Source: Casimicrobiaceae bacterium (GTDB lineage: Bacteria > Pseudomonadota > Gammaproteobacteria > Burkholderiales > Casimicrobiaceae). From it: a stretch of 64,000 nucleotides of DNA. Each line of letters opens with the position of its first letter. Position 1 is the stretch's first letter. Below the pieces are notes generated by a model. That model ran no database searches and was not told the DNA's origin. It was given only the letters and a program-made list of their open reading frames with translations. The stretch is taken from the NCBI GenBank assembly GCA_044225845.1, contig JBGAIC010000011.1, forward strand, positions 4,054 to 68,053, given 5' to 3'. Below, piece after piece: positions 1 to 10,514 of this stretch. Both the position numbers and the translations under genes were made by a program.

Positions 1-1081
1 CGAACGCGATGCGGTCGATCACCTGGCTGACGAGGCCCGTCACGAAGCCGTTGCCTTTCCACGCGGCGAACGCGGTCCCCGTGTAGAACATCAGGTTGCC
101 CGGCGCGATCACCGGGTCCCAGTAGACGACCGGCTTGGCGAGGTCGGGCCGCGAGTCGGGGCTGGGTATCGGCACGCCGTCGTAATTGACGCCGTAGCTC
201 ACGAGCGGCCAGCCGTAGTTCTTGCCGGGCTCGATCAGGTTGAGCTCGTCGCCGCCGCGTGGGCCGTGCTCCGCTTCCCACAGCCTGCCATCGGGCGCGA
301 ACGCGAGCCCGTACGGCGTCCGATGGCCCGTGCTCCAGGTTTCGGCGGGCGTCAGGTTGGGCGACGTGAACGTGTACGTGCTGACCGTGCGTGCGTTCCG
401 CGCGGCGACCGTGTCGCGCGGCGGATCGATCAGCGGAATCGACGACGCGCCGACCTGACCCGCCATCGGGTTGCCGGGCGCGGGCTGGCCGTCGAGCGTC
501 AGGCGCAGGATCTTGCCGACCGGCTGGCTCGGGTCCTGCGCCGGCGTCATGCGCTGGCGGTCGCCGACGGCCAGGAACAGGTAGCGGCCGTCCGGCGAAA
601 ACGCGATCGGACCGCCGGGTTGCCCGCCCTTGCCGCTGGGCACCTGGCGCCAGAGCACGCGGAAGTCCTGCAGCGTCGCGCGCGTGCCGTCGAGCGCGAG
701 CTTGCCGCGACCCATGACGAACGCGCCACCGTAGTCACCCGGCTCGACGTACGTGAGGTAGATCCGCGAATCGGTGGCGTACTGCGGCGAGAGGAACACG
801 CCGAGCAGCCCGTTCTGGCCCTGGTGGTACACGTCCGGAACGCCCTGGACCTCCGTCTTGGCACCCGCCTGCGTGACGAGCTGCAAGCGGCCGACCTTTT
901 CCGTGACCAGCATCCGGCCGTCCGGCAGGAATGCGATGTGCCACGGCAGGTCGAAGCTCGCGACGCGCGTGATCGTGAACGGGGGTTTCGGGTCGACGGG
1001 GAAGTTGCCCGCGTTGGTCTGCGCGAACGCGGAACCCGCGAGCAGAATGGAACAGGCGAGGGCGGCCAGTGTCTTGTGCAT
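1..1081 (-). CDS. PQQ-dependent sugar dehydrogenase (glucose/sorbosone dehydrogenase family), 3' end runs off the window
   Basis: Own translation from ATG at 1081: signal peptide MHKTLAALACSILLAGSAFA, then FDLPWHIAFLPDGRMLVTEK, GHRTPYGLAF, EHGPRGGDELNLIEPGKNYGWP. Confidence 0.9.
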   Translation of the reverse strand, partial: MHKTLAALACSILLAGSAFAQTNAGNFPVDPKPPFTITRVASFDLPWHIAFLPDGRMLVTEKVGRLQLVTQAGAKTEVQGVPDVYHQGQNGLLGVFLSPQYATDSRIYLTYVEPGDYGGAFVMGRGKLALDGTRATLQDFRVLWRQVPSGKGGQPGGPIAFSPDGRYLFLAVGDRQRMTPAQDPSQPVGKILRLTLDGQPAPGNPMAGQVGASSIPLIDPPRDTVAARNARTVSTYTFTSPNLTPAETWSTGHRTPYGLAFAPDGRLWEAEHGPRGGDELNLIEPGKNYGWPLVSYGVNYDGVPIPSPDSRPDLAKPVVYWDPVIAPGNLMFYTGTAFAAWKGNGFVTGLVSQVIDRIAF

Positions 1082-1214
1082 CGGCAGATCCCGTCCGCGC
1101 GGGCCGGGATTGGTGCGAGGAGTGGCAACTGATGATACGCGCCGCACGCGCCCCGAATTGTCGCGTGCGGCAAGACGCCGCGCGCACTCGCGCGCGCGAC
1201 GCCGTCGGGCGCGT

Positions 1215-1961
1215 TCAGCGCACGCCGCCCGACGCCACCAGCTTCTCGCCCGTCATCCAGCGCGAGTCGTTCGACGCGAGGAACACCGCGACGTCGGCGA
1301 TGTCGTCCGGCTGCCCGAGGCGCCCCAGCGGCGTCTGCACGATCAACTGGCTCGCGAAATCGGAGCCGATGAATCCGGCCGTATGCGTGCCTTCCGTCTC
1401 GACCATGCCCGGGTTGATGCTGTTGACGCGGATCTTGCGCGGGCCGAGCTCGTGCGCGAGCACGCCGGTGATCGCGTCCACCGCACCCTTCGTCGCCGTG
1501 TAGACGGCGCTGTTGGCCGGGTGGATCTCCGTCACCGCCGAGCCCACGTTGATGATGCTGCCGCCTTCGCCCAGGTGCTTCGCCGCTGCCTGGGTGACGA
1601 GCAACAGGCCCAGCACGTTGGTGTCGAAGTGGCGATGGAAGTGCTCCGGGGTCACCGACTCGATCGGCGAGAATTCGTACACGCCGGAATTGTTGACGAC
1701 GATGTCCAGCCGGCCCCACGCCTTGATGGCCGCGTCGACGATGCTTTGCGCGCCGGCCTGCGTCGACACGTTGCCCTGTGCCGCGACCGCCTTGCCGCCG
1801 GCCCCGGTGATCGCGTCGACGACCGCGTCGGCGCCGGTCCTGGACGACGCGTAGTTGACGACGACCGCGGCGCCTTGGGCCGCCAATGCCTTGGCGATGG
1901 CCGCGCCGATACCCTTGGATGCGCCGGTGACGACGGCGACCTTGCCTTGGAGCTTGCTCAT
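1215..1961 (-). CDS. SDR family NAD(P)-dependent oxidoreductase
   Basis: TGASKGIG, NNSG and YTATK motifs; 248 aa. Confidence 0.93.
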   Translation of the reverse strand: MSKLQGKVAVVTGASKGIGAAIAKALAAQGAAVVVNYASSRTGADAVVDAITGAGGKAVAAQGNVSTQAGAQSIVDAAIKAWGRLDIVVNNSGVYEFSPIESVTPEHFHRHFDTNVLGLLLVTQAAAKHLGEGGSIINVGSAVTEIHPANSAVYTATKGAVDAITGVLAHELGPRKIRVNSINPGMVETEGTHTAGFIGSDFASQLIVQTPLGRLGQPDDIADVAVFLASNDSRWMTGEKLVASGGVR

Positions 1962-2130
1962 GGTGAATGCCTTTCGAATGCGAGGAAGAGGGGATAACCG
2001 TTACGCCCGGGCGCCCGGGGGGCGCCTGCGCGGCGGCATGGGCACGGCGCCCCCATACGGCGGCGACGTCCCATAGTTCCGGATATACGAACCATTGAAC
2101 CACGTTTCAAGGGCCCGTATATTCGATTGC

Positions 2131-2526
2131 ATGAGGCCGTTATTCCACCCGACCTTGGAGCAGGTGACTGTCGAGGGCATCCTGCACGCGCTCGCGGACC
2201 CGGTGCGCGCGGCGATCTTTGCCGAGATCGCCGGCGCGGCTTGCCCGATGAGTTGTTCCGCGTTCCTGACCATCCGGGATCGCGACATTCCCAAATCCAC
2301 GCTGTCGCAGCATTTCAAGGCCTTGCGCGACGCCGGCCTCATCCACAGTGAGCGCAACGGTGTCGAGATGCGCAACACGTCGCGGTGTGCCGAACTCGAG
2401 ACGCGGTTTCCCGGGCTCGTGAGTGCGGTGAGCCAGGCTTATGCGCGTCAGCGGAATCCGGCGCCGCCGCCCAAGGCGAAAGCCCGGCCCAAGCCGGGCC
2501 GGGCTGCGCGAGCCACCGCGCGCTGA
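2131..2526 (+). CDS. ArsR/SmtB family transcriptional regulator
   Basis: LHALADPVR...KSTLSQHFKALRDAGLI winged HTH; divergent from the SDR gene. Confidence 0.88.
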   Translation: MRPLFHPTLEQVTVEGILHALADPVRAAIFAEIAGAACPMSCSAFLTIRDRDIPKSTLSQHFKALRDAGLIHSERNGVEMRNTSRCAELETRFPGLVSAVSQAYARQRNPAPPPKAKARPKPGRAARATAR

Positions 2527-2579
2527 TGAATCAGGCGGCCGGCCAGGCCGCGTGAGGCACGGCCGGCCGCGGCCGGCGC

Positions 2580-3509
2580 CTACACGCGCGGTTCGCCCTG
2601 CGCGTTGACGAGCACCGTCGCACCCGGCGGGCTCGTCGTCTGCACGTGGTGCGTGTAGCCGTTGAACACGTAGGTCACATCCCAGTAATCGAGCGGTGCC
2701 GCCGCGACGGTGGTGCACCGCTGCACGTCCTGCGTCGTGACCTGGTTCGTGCCGACGTTGGCGCCGACCACGGCGCCCGTTGCGGCGCCCAACCCGGTGG
2801 CGAGGTCCTGGCCGCGGCCACTGCCGATCTGGTGACCCAGCACGCCGCCGATCACGCCGCCGACGATGGCACCGGGCACGTTGACGCCGGGCCCACCGGT
2901 TTCGACCACCTGGCGCTCGACCCAGCACCGCTGCTCGGGCGCGCCGACCACCGCGCGCGCGGACGTCACGGGGGCGTTGTACAGCGGCTCGCCGGGGCGG
3001 CGGTTGTACTCGTAGCGGGCCGGATAGGGCGCGGGTGGCGGAGGCGGCGGCGGCGCGTAGCTGCCCGGCGCGACGGCCAGACGCTGCGCGTCGTCGGCGC
3101 GCCGCTGCGCATCCAGCGCCTGGGCCTGCGCGGCAGCGGCTTGCTGTTGCGTCATGTCGGCGCGGACGCGCGCATCCATAGCGTTGCGCTGCGCTGCAAC
3201 AGCAGCTTGCTCGCTGCGGACCTTCGCGACGTCCTGCGCCGTCATCGCGCGCTGGTTCGCCTGCACGGCCAGCTCGTGCACGTCGTTGTACGGGGCGCCC
3301 TTGGCTTCGAGGTCGTCGGCCTGGTGCAGCGTGGCCGCGGCCTGGTCGAATTCCGCAGGCGCGTACAAGGCCACCTGCGGATTGCGCCGCGCCGCGTCCA
3401 GCGACAGGTGCGCCTGGTCCAGCGTGGGATCGTGCTGCGGGTAAGTCGCGCAGCCCGCGGCTGCGATTACTGCGAGGGTCAGTCCATGTGCTGCGGAACG
3501 TTTGAACAC
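2580..3509 (-). CDS. Lipoprotein with DUF4398-like helical N-domain, Pro-rich linker and glycine-zipper 2TM (YcfJ-like) C-domain
   Basis: Lipobox AAGC; LDQAHLSLDAARRNP..YAPAEFDQA; GAIVGGVIGGVLGHQIGSGRGQDLATGLGAATGAVVG. GTG start inferred. Confidence 0.75.
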   Translation of the reverse strand: MFKRSAAHGLTLAVIAAAGCATYPQHDPTLDQAHLSLDAARRNPQVALYAPAEFDQAAATLHQADDLEAKGAPYNDVHELAVQANQRAMTAQDVAKVRSEQAAVAAQRNAMDARVRADMTQQQAAAAQAQALDAQRRADDAQRLAVAPGSYAPPPPPPPAPYPARYEYNRRPGEPLYNAPVTSARAVVGAPEQRCWVERQVVETGGPGVNVPGAIVGGVIGGVLGHQIGSGRGQDLATGLGAATGAVVGANVGTNQVTTQDVQRCTTVAAAPLDYWDVTYVFNGYTHHVQTTSPPGATVLVNAQGEPRV

Positions 3510-3727
3510 GATGGCCTCCGGATTCGGGATGGGCGCGCGAAAGGCAATGGCGCGCGGCGTGAAACCGAGGCTAAGTGAGACGTGCGTCCAACGAAGTCGG
3601 CCGCTGTCCGATCCGGGCGTCAAGGCGCTGCTGACGGATGCGCGACCACGCAAAATGTCCGAATTGGTTCATCTTGGACTGTACGCATGTGCAAGAATCC
3701 GCCCCGTCCCCGTCCAAGGAGGGTTCC

Positions 3728-5224
3728 ATGAAGGTCATCAAGTACACCGGCGTCGCCGCCGCAATCGCCCTGGCGCTCGCGCTCGGCGCGTGCGGCAAAA
3801 CCGAAGAAGCCAAGGTCGACAAGGCCGCCACCGACGTCAAGAAGGATGCCGCCGCCGACGCCAAGGCGGCGGAAGCCGCGGCCAAGGAGGTCGAGGCGCG
3901 CGAGGTCGCGATGGATGCGTACATCTACGCCTACCCGCTCGTGACGATGGAATTGACGCGTCGCTACATGACCAACGTCGAGAAGCCCGACGGCGGCTCC
4001 AAGGCGCCGATGGGTCAATTCGCGCGGCTGCGCACCTATCCCGCGGTGGACGACCATTCGGTCACCGCGCCCAACGCGGACACGCTGTACACGCTTTCGT
4101 GGATCGACGTCTCGAAAGAGCCGTGGATACTGAGCCTTCCCGACATGAAGGATCGCTACTACCTGTTCCCGATGCTGGACGCCTGGACCAACGTGTTCCA
4201 GGTGCCCGGCAAGCGCACCACCGGGACCAAGGCGCAGAAGTATGCGATCACCGGGCCGGGCTGGACGGGCACGCTGCCGGCCGGCGTCACCGAGTACAAG
4301 GCGCCGACGAACCTGGTGTGGCTGCTCGGCCGCATCTACTGCACGGGCACGCCGGAAGACTACAAGGCGGTGCACGCGCTGCAGGACCAGATCTCGGTGG
4401 TCCCGTTGTCGTCCTGGGGCAAGCCCTACACGCCGCCGGCGGGCACCGTGGACCCGGCGCTGGACATGAAGACCGACGTGCGCGACCAGGTCAACGCGCT
4501 CGACGGCGCGGCGTTCTTCAAGCTCGCGGCCCAGCTGATGAAGGCGAATCCGCCGGCGGCCGAGGATGCGCCGATGGTGGCCAAGCTCGCCAAGCTCGGC
4601 ATCGTGCCCGGCCAGGACTTCGACGCTTCCAAGCTGGAGCCTGCCGTCGCCAAGGGCATTGCCGCCGCGCCCAAGCCCGCGCAGGACAAGATCGCCAACC
4701 TCAAGGAAGCGATCGTCGCCGGCACCGCCAAGCTCGAGAACGGCTGGATGTATTTCGCCAAGACGGGCATCTACGGCACCGCCTATCGCGACCGCGCGCT
4801 GATCACGTGGTACGGCCTGGGTGCCAACCGGCCGCAGGACGCCGTCTACCCGACGTCGGAAGGCCCGGACCTGGTCAAGAAGTACAGCGGCGCCAAGAAG
4901 TACGTCGCCCACTTCGAGAAGGGCCACCTGCCGCCGGCCAACGGCTTCTGGTCGATCACGATGTACGACAAGAACTACTTCTTCGTGCCGAATCCGATCA
5001 ACCGCTACACCGTCAGCTCGCGCAACAAGTTCAAGGTGAACGCGGACGGCTCCGTCGACCTGTACTTCCAGCATGAATCGCCGGGCAAGGACAAGGAAGC
5101 CAACTGGCTGCCCGCGCCCGCCGACGAGTTCGTGCTGATGATGCGGTTGTACTGGCCGTCCGAGAAGTCGCCGTCGCTGCTCGACGGCACGTGGAAGCCG
5201 GCGGAGGTGAAGGAAGTGTCGTAA
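3728..5224 (+). CDS. DUF1254/DUF1214 domain lipoprotein
   Basis: Lipobox LGAC; AYIYAYPLV, PNADTLY, FWSITMYD, MRLYWP motifs. Confidence 0.88.
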   Translation: MKVIKYTGVAAAIALALALGACGKTEEAKVDKAATDVKKDAAADAKAAEAAAKEVEAREVAMDAYIYAYPLVTMELTRRYMTNVEKPDGGSKAPMGQFARLRTYPAVDDHSVTAPNADTLYTLSWIDVSKEPWILSLPDMKDRYYLFPMLDAWTNVFQVPGKRTTGTKAQKYAITGPGWTGTLPAGVTEYKAPTNLVWLLGRIYCTGTPEDYKAVHALQDQISVVPLSSWGKPYTPPAGTVDPALDMKTDVRDQVNALDGAAFFKLAAQLMKANPPAAEDAPMVAKLAKLGIVPGQDFDASKLEPAVAKGIAAAPKPAQDKIANLKEAIVAGTAKLENGWMYFAKTGIYGTAYRDRALITWYGLGANRPQDAVYPTSEGPDLVKKYSGAKKYVAHFEKGHLPPANGFWSITMYDKNYFFVPNPINRYTVSSRNKFKVNADGSVDLYFQHESPGKDKEANWLPAPADEFVLMMRLYWPSEKSPSLLDGTWKPAEVKEVS

Positions 5225-5256
5225 GCGTCGCCTGGCGCGCCGCGGCAGGGTTGAAC

Positions 5257-5287
5257 GACAAAGGGCCACGTTGCGTGGCCCTTTGTC
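5257..5287. terminator. Probable bidirectional intrinsic terminator
   Basis: Perfect 14-bp stem GACAAAGGGCCACG / CGTGGCCCTTTGTC with a 3-nt loop, between convergent genes. Confidence 0.75.
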
Positions 5288-5339
5288 TTGGCGCGGCGGG
5301 ACGCGGATTGGCCGCGGAGCCGCTCCGGTCAGCGCGCGA

Positions 5340-6176
5340 TCAGCCCTTCACGAACGCGAGCAGGTCGGGATTGATGACGTCCGCATGGGTCGTCAGCATG
5401 CCGTGCGGATAGCCCTTGTAGACCTTGAGCGTGCCGTTCTTCAGCAGCTTGACCGACTTCAGCGCCGCGTCCGCGATGGGCACGATCTGGTCGTCGTCGC
5501 CGTGCATGACGAGCGTCGGCACCGTGATCGACTTGAGGTCGTCGGTCTGGTCCGTCTCCGAGAACGCCTTGATGCCCTCGTAGTGGGCCTTGGCGCTGCC
5601 CATCATGCCCTGGCGCCACCAGTTCTGGACGACGCCCGGAAAGGTCTTCGCGCCCGGCCGGTTGAAGCCGTAGAACGGCCCTGACGGCACGTCGACGAAC
5701 ATCTGCGCGCGGTTGGCCGCGACGCCCGCGCGCAAGCCGTCGAAGACCTCGAGCGGCAAGCCTTCCGGATTGGCGGGCGTCTTCAGCATCAACGGAGGCA
5801 CCGCGCTGACGAGCACCGCCTTGGCGGCGCGCCCGCTCGGCTGGCCGTGGCGCGCGACGTAGCGCGCCACCTCGCCGCCGCCGGTGGAGTGGCCGATGTG
5901 CACGGCATTCCGCAGGTCCAGCGCTTCGACGACCGCGAACGCGTCCGCTGCGTAGTGATCCATGTCGTGGCCGTCGCTCACCTGCTCGGACCGTCCATGG
6001 CCACGCCGGTCGTGCGCCACGACCCGATACCCCTGCTGCAGGAAGAACAGCATCTGCGCGTCCCAGTCGTCGGCGGACAGCGGCCAGCCGTGATGGAACA
6101 TGATCGGCTGGGCATTCTTCGGGCCCCAGTCCTTGTAGAAGATCGTGACGTGGTCCTTCGTGGTGACGGTCGGCAT
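5340..6176 (-). CDS. Non-heme chloroperoxidase-type alpha/beta hydrolase
   Basis: [21 protein letters not shown] nucleophile elbow, [13 protein letters not shown]. Confidence 0.92.
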   Translation of the reverse strand: MPTVTTKDHVTIFYKDWGPKNAQPIMFHHGWPLSADDWDAQMLFFLQQGYRVVAHDRRGHGRSEQVSDGHDMDHYAADAFAVVEALDLRNAVHIGHSTGGGEVARYVARHGQPSGRAAKAVLVSAVPPLMLKTPANPEGLPLEVFDGLRAGVAANRAQMFVDVPSGPFYGFNRPGAKTFPGVVQNWWRQGMMGSAKAHYEGIKAFSETDQTDDLKSITVPTLVMHGDDDQIVPIADAALKSVKLLKNGTLKVYKGYPHGMLTTHADVINPDLLAFVKG

Positions 6177-6264
6177 GGAAAGCTCCTTGCGTGGCGGGTG
6201 CGGCGCGAGCCGCGGTTGGGGACGGATCGGGCGATGGCGTTGCGAATGTGGCGAGTGGAAGGCG

Positions 6265-8157
6265 TCAGACGGCCCAGCACGAGCAGCCGAGTGCACCCCA
6301 GAATCCTTTCAGGTCCGTGACAGGCAGACGGCTGCTCCAGGCTTCGGCGTGCCGATGGGCGTGGACGTGGCAAGCTTTTGCGCACCCGCAAGCTGCCGCG
6401 GTTCGCTGCAGCGGCGCGCGCGACGTCGCGCGCTCGTCGTCACCCCACGCGGCATAGCCGCCAAAGTGGCGCACCGGCGACCAGTCGGGCATCGCGGGCG
6501 GCAGCGCGTTGTCGTCATGCGCTGCGAACACGCCGTCGCCGTAGACCACCTTGCCGCCGACGATCGTCAGCAGTGAGGTCGTGTCGGCGATCTCCGCTTC
6601 GGCGCACGCGAAGAAATCGCGATCGGGCACGATCAGGTCGGCGAGCTGGCCGGCTTCGATGCGGCCCTTGACGCCGTCTTCGTTGGAGAACCACGTGACG
6701 TTCTCCGTCCACATCCGCAGTGCCGTCTCGCGGTCGAGGCAGTTGCGTCGCGGGTAGATCTGCAGTCCGCCGACCGTGCGGCCCGTGATCAGCCAGGCCA
6801 GCGATACCCAGGGGTTGTACGAGGACACGCGCGTGGCGTCGGTGCCCGCCGAGACGCGAACGCCGCTTTCCAGCATGCGCGCGATCGGCGGCGTGGCTTC
6901 CGCGGCACCCGCGCCATAGCGCTCGACGAAGTACTCGCCCTGGTAGGCCATCCGGTGCTGGACGGCAATGCCGCCGCCGAGTGCGGCGATGCGGTCGATC
7001 GACGCTTCGGAGATCGTCTCGCAGTGATCGAAGAACCAGTGGAGTCCTGCCAGCGGCAGGTCCTGGTCCACGCGCTCGAACACGTCGAGCGCGCGGCTGA
7101 TCGTCTCGTCGTACGTCGCGTGCATCCGCCACGGCCAGCGATGCTGCGCGAGGATGCGCACGACGGCGTCGAGGTCGCCTTCCATCGCCGGCGGCATGTC
7201 GGGACGTGGCTGGCGGAAATCCTCGAAGTCGGCGGCCGAGTACACGAGCATCTCGCCGGCGCCGTTGTGGCGGAAGTAATCGTCGCCTTGCCGGTAGGCC
7301 GAGGTGGCGGTCCAGTTCAGGAAGTCGTCCTTCTCCTGCCGGGGCTTCTGTGTGAACAGGCTGTAGGCGAGGCGCACCGTTAGCTGTCCCGCGGCCGCAA
7401 GCTCGCGGATGACGGCGTAATCCTCCGGGTAGTTCTGCGCGCCGCCGCCGGCGTCGAGGGCGCCCGTGACGCCCAGCCGATTCAGTTCGCGCATGAAGTG
7501 GCGCGTCGAGTTGAGCTGGTAGTCGTGCGGCAGCTTGGGTCCCCTTGCCAGCGTGGCATACAGGATCGCCGCATTGGGCTTGGCCAGCAGCAGGCCGGTG
7601 GGATTGCCGGCGCTGTCGCGCACGATCTCACCGCCCGCAGGCGCCGGCGTATCGCGGGCGTAGCCGACCGCGCGCAGCGCCGCGCCGTTCAGCAGCGCGC
7701 GGTCGTACAGGTGCAGGACGAAGACCGGCGTGTCCGGCGCGACGGCGTTCAGCTCGTCGATCGTCGGCAGGCGCTTCTCGACGAACTGCTGCGCGGTGAA
7801 GCCGCCGACGACGCGCACCCACTGCGGTGCCGGCGTCACCGCGACCTGCCGCTTCAGCATCGCCATTGCGTCGGCCAGGCTCTTGACGCCATCCCAGCGC
7901 AGCTCCAGATTGAAGCTCAAGCCGCCGCGGATGATGTGCAGGTGGTTGTCGATGAGGCCCGGCAGCACGCGCCGGCCGCCGAGGTCGATCACCTTGGTGC
8001 CGGGGCCGGCCAAGGCCATCACGTCCGCATCGTGGCCCACGCGCACGAAGCGGCCGTCCTTGATGGCGACGGCGCTGGCCGCGGGGTTGGCGCGGTCCAG
8101 CGTCGTGACGAGCCCGCGGTGCAGGATCAGGTCGGCGACGATGCGGGGCTCATCCAT
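6265..8157 (-). CDS. Amidohydrolase (YtcJ/amidohydrolase 3 family)
   Basis: [29 protein letters not shown]; Cys/His-rich tail ending [12 protein letters not shown]. Confidence 0.9.
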   Translation of the reverse strand: MDEPRIVADLILHRGLVTTLDRANPAASAVAIKDGRFVRVGHDADVMALAGPGTKVIDLGGRRVLPGLIDNHLHIIRGGLSFNLELRWDGVKSLADAMAMLKRQVAVTPAPQWVRVVGGFTAQQFVEKRLPTIDELNAVAPDTPVFVLHLYDRALLNGAALRAVGYARDTPAPAGGEIVRDSAGNPTGLLLAKPNAAILYATLARGPKLPHDYQLNSTRHFMRELNRLGVTGALDAGGGAQNYPEDYAVIRELAAAGQLTVRLAYSLFTQKPRQEKDDFLNWTATSAYRQGDDYFRHNGAGEMLVYSAADFEDFRQPRPDMPPAMEGDLDAVVRILAQHRWPWRMHATYDETISRALDVFERVDQDLPLAGLHWFFDHCETISEASIDRIAALGGGIAVQHRMAYQGEYFVERYGAGAAEATPPIARMLESGVRVSAGTDATRVSSYNPWVSLAWLITGRTVGGLQIYPRRNCLDRETALRMWTENVTWFSNEDGVKGRIEAGQLADLIVPDRDFFACAEAEIADTTSLLTIVGGKVVYGDGVFAAHDDNALPPAMPDWSPVRHFGGYAAWGDDERATSRAPLQRTAAACGCAKACHVHAHRHAEAWSSRLPVTDLKGFWGALGCSCWAV

Positions 8158-8187
8158 GGTGAGGCTCTCCGGATCCTGCGAGTCGTT

Positions 8188-8889
8188 TCACTGCGCCGTG
8201 TCGACCAGCACCAGCTCGGTGTCCGCCAGCGCCTTGACGCGCACGACGTCGACATCGCGGATCGCCGCGCCGTCGCGCGCCTCGAGCCGCACGCCGTCGA
8301 CTTCGACGGTCCCGGTCGCAGGCACGAGGTAGCCCATGCGCGACTTGCCGAGCGCGTACTCTGCGGTTTTCCCGGCCTTCAGCGTGGCGCCCAGCACGCG
8401 TGCGTCGGCGCGGATGGGCAGCGCGTCGCCGTCGCCCGGCATGCCGCTGGCCAGCGCGACGAACGCGCCCGAGCGGTCGCCCTTGGGGAACGGCTTCGCG
8501 CCCCACGACGGCGGCTCGCCCTGGCTGTCCGGCAGGATCCAGATCTGGAAGATCTGCGTGCGGCCGGGCTCGCGGTTGTACTCCGCGTGCCGGATGCCCG
8601 TGCCGGCGCTCATCACCTGCACGTCGCCGGCCTCGGTGCGCCCCTGGTTGCCCAGGTTGTCCTGGTGCGTGATCGCGCCTTCGCGCACGTAGGTGATGAT
8701 CTCCATGTTCGCGTGGCCGTGCGGCGGGAAGCCCGTGCCCGCGGCGATGGTGTCGTCGTTCCAGACGCGCAGCGCGCCCCAGCCCATCCGCGCGGGATCG
8801 TGGTAGTCGGCGAACGAGAAATGATGCCTGGCGTCGAGCCAGCCGTGGTCGGCGGCACCGAGCGAGGCATAGGGTCGGCGTTCGATCAT
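8188..8889 (-). CDS. Pirin family protein (YhhW-like)
   Basis: HHFSFADY, GFPPHGHANMEIITYV, MSAGTGIRHAEYN, QIWILP. Confidence 0.93.
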   Translation of the reverse strand: MIERRPYASLGAADHGWLDARHHFSFADYHDPARMGWGALRVWNDDTIAAGTGFPPHGHANMEIITYVREGAITHQDNLGNQGRTEAGDVQVMSAGTGIRHAEYNREPGRTQIFQIWILPDSQGEPPSWGAKPFPKGDRSGAFVALASGMPGDGDALPIRADARVLGATLKAGKTAEYALGKSRMGYLVPATGTVEVDGVRLEARDGAAIRDVDVVRVKALADTELVLVDTAQ

Positions 8890-8992
8890 GGGATTCTCCT
8901 CGAGGGTTCGGCGTTGCGTTAGCGCTCAATGTAGGCGCCTCCGGCGGCCCGGAGAATAGACACGATGGAACAGGATCCATTCCAGAAACGGC

Positions 8993-9913
8993 ATGCCGCA
9001 GCTCCCTGACCTGGAGGCCTGGGCCATCTTCGCCAAGGTGGCGGCAACCGGCTCGTTCGCGAAGGCGGCCGCGGAGCTCGGCGTGTCGCAGCCCACGGTG
9101 TCGAAGGCGATCACGCGGCTGGAGCAGCGCACGCGGTCGACGCTGTTCCATCGCACGTCGCGCCAGATGTCGTTGACCGCGGCGGGGCAGGCGTCGCTCG
9201 AGCGCGCGCTGCGCATCCTCGCCGAAGGCGAGGCGGTGGAAGCCGAGATTTCCGAGCAGTCGACGCACCTGCGCGGCCAGGTGCGCGTGGCCGCGCCGAT
9301 GTCCTTCGGCATCTCGCACGTGGCGCCGGCGGTTCCCGCGTTCATGGCGCGGCATCCGGACGTGACGCTCGACCTGCATTTCAGCGACGAGATCGTCGAC
9401 GTCGTCGACGGCGGCTTCGACGTGGCGTTGCGGATCTCGACGCTGCCGGATTCGAGCCTGGTGGCGCGGCGGCTGTGCACGGTGCGGCTGCTGCTCGTCG
9501 GTGCGCCGGCCTGGTTCGAACGTTACGGCCGGCCGGAGCACCCGCGCGATCTCGCGCAGCACCGGGCGTTGCGCTACGTCCATGCGCGGCTCGGCGAGGC
9601 GTGGCATTTCACGCACGCGCAGCACGGCGAGTTCTCGCAGGTGGTGCCGACGGCCTTGCGCGTCGACAATGCCGAGGGCCTGGTCCCGGCGCTGCGTGCC
9701 GGCCTGGGGCTGGCCGTGCAGCCCGAATTCCTGGCATGGGACGACCTGCAGTCGGGACGCTTGCGGACCGCGCTGGACGGATGGCACGTGCCGTCGATCG
9801 CGCTGCACATCGTGACGCCGCCGGGACGGCTGCGGCCCGCGCGCGTGGATGCGCTGATCGAGTTCCTGGCGCAGCAATTCAGCCGCGAGCCGTGGGCGGC
9901 GGAGCGGGGCTGA
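8993..9913 (+). CDS. LysR family transcriptional regulator
   Basis: GSFAKAAAELGVSQPTVSKAITRLE HTH plus substrate-binding domain; divergent from pirin. Confidence 0.94.
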   Translation: MPQLPDLEAWAIFAKVAATGSFAKAAAELGVSQPTVSKAITRLEQRTRSTLFHRTSRQMSLTAAGQASLERALRILAEGEAVEAEISEQSTHLRGQVRVAAPMSFGISHVAPAVPAFMARHPDVTLDLHFSDEIVDVVDGGFDVALRISTLPDSSLVARRLCTVRLLLVGAPAWFERYGRPEHPRDLAQHRALRYVHARLGEAWHFTHAQHGEFSQVVPTALRVDNAEGLVPALRAGLGLAVQPEFLAWDDLQSGRLRTALDGWHVPSIALHIVTPPGRLRPARVDALIEFLAQQFSREPWAAERG

Positions 9914-10088
9914 GACCAGCGATTCGGTCGGGCGCCTGCCATGTCTTGAATTGACAAGACCATCCCCGGTGCCCGACGGAAGATTGCTGCCGGGCGCCGT
10001 GCCGGCCGCTCGCTGCCGACGAACATGGGCGGCGATGCAGGGCGTGCGAGCCCGGCACCCGCATACAACCAGAACGGAGAGCCCCGAC

Positions 10089-10472
10089 ATGAAGCCCATT
10101 CGCGCCGTGAAATTCGGAGGTCATTGCATCGCAGCGGTCGCGGCGGCCCTGCTCGCGAGCGCGTGCGCGCCGGACAGCGTGAACAACCGGGAGGCCACCG
10201 GGTTCAACGCTTACCTGAGCTCGCTGAAGACGTGCAAGCCGCTGGAGATCGGGTCGACGGACCTGTCCGTGCTCATCGACTACAACATGTCGATGATGAA
10301 TCCCAACTACCAGTACTTCGTCGACCAGACGTCGTTCCTGTACTACAACCGCATCGGGCGCGACGAGTATCGGAACAACCTGACGGCGAACCTCGGCGCG
10401 GGTTGGCAGAACGAGGCGAGCTTCAACTGCATCTTCGACAAGCTGCCGGCCAAGCGGCCGAACGCCCCGTGA
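10089..10472 (+). CDS. Hypothetical lipoprotein
   Basis: GGAG RBS, lipobox ASAC, strong GC3 codon bias. Confidence 0.7.
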   Translation: MKPIRAVKFGGHCIAAVAAALLASACAPDSVNNREATGFNAYLSSLKTCKPLEIGSTDLSVLIDYNMSMMNPNYQYFVDQTSFLYYNRIGRDEYRNNLTANLGAGWQNEASFNCIFDKLPAKRPNAP

Positions 10473-10514
10473 CCAACAGGCCGCTCGCGCTGACGTAAGC
10501 GGCGTAACGCGGGG

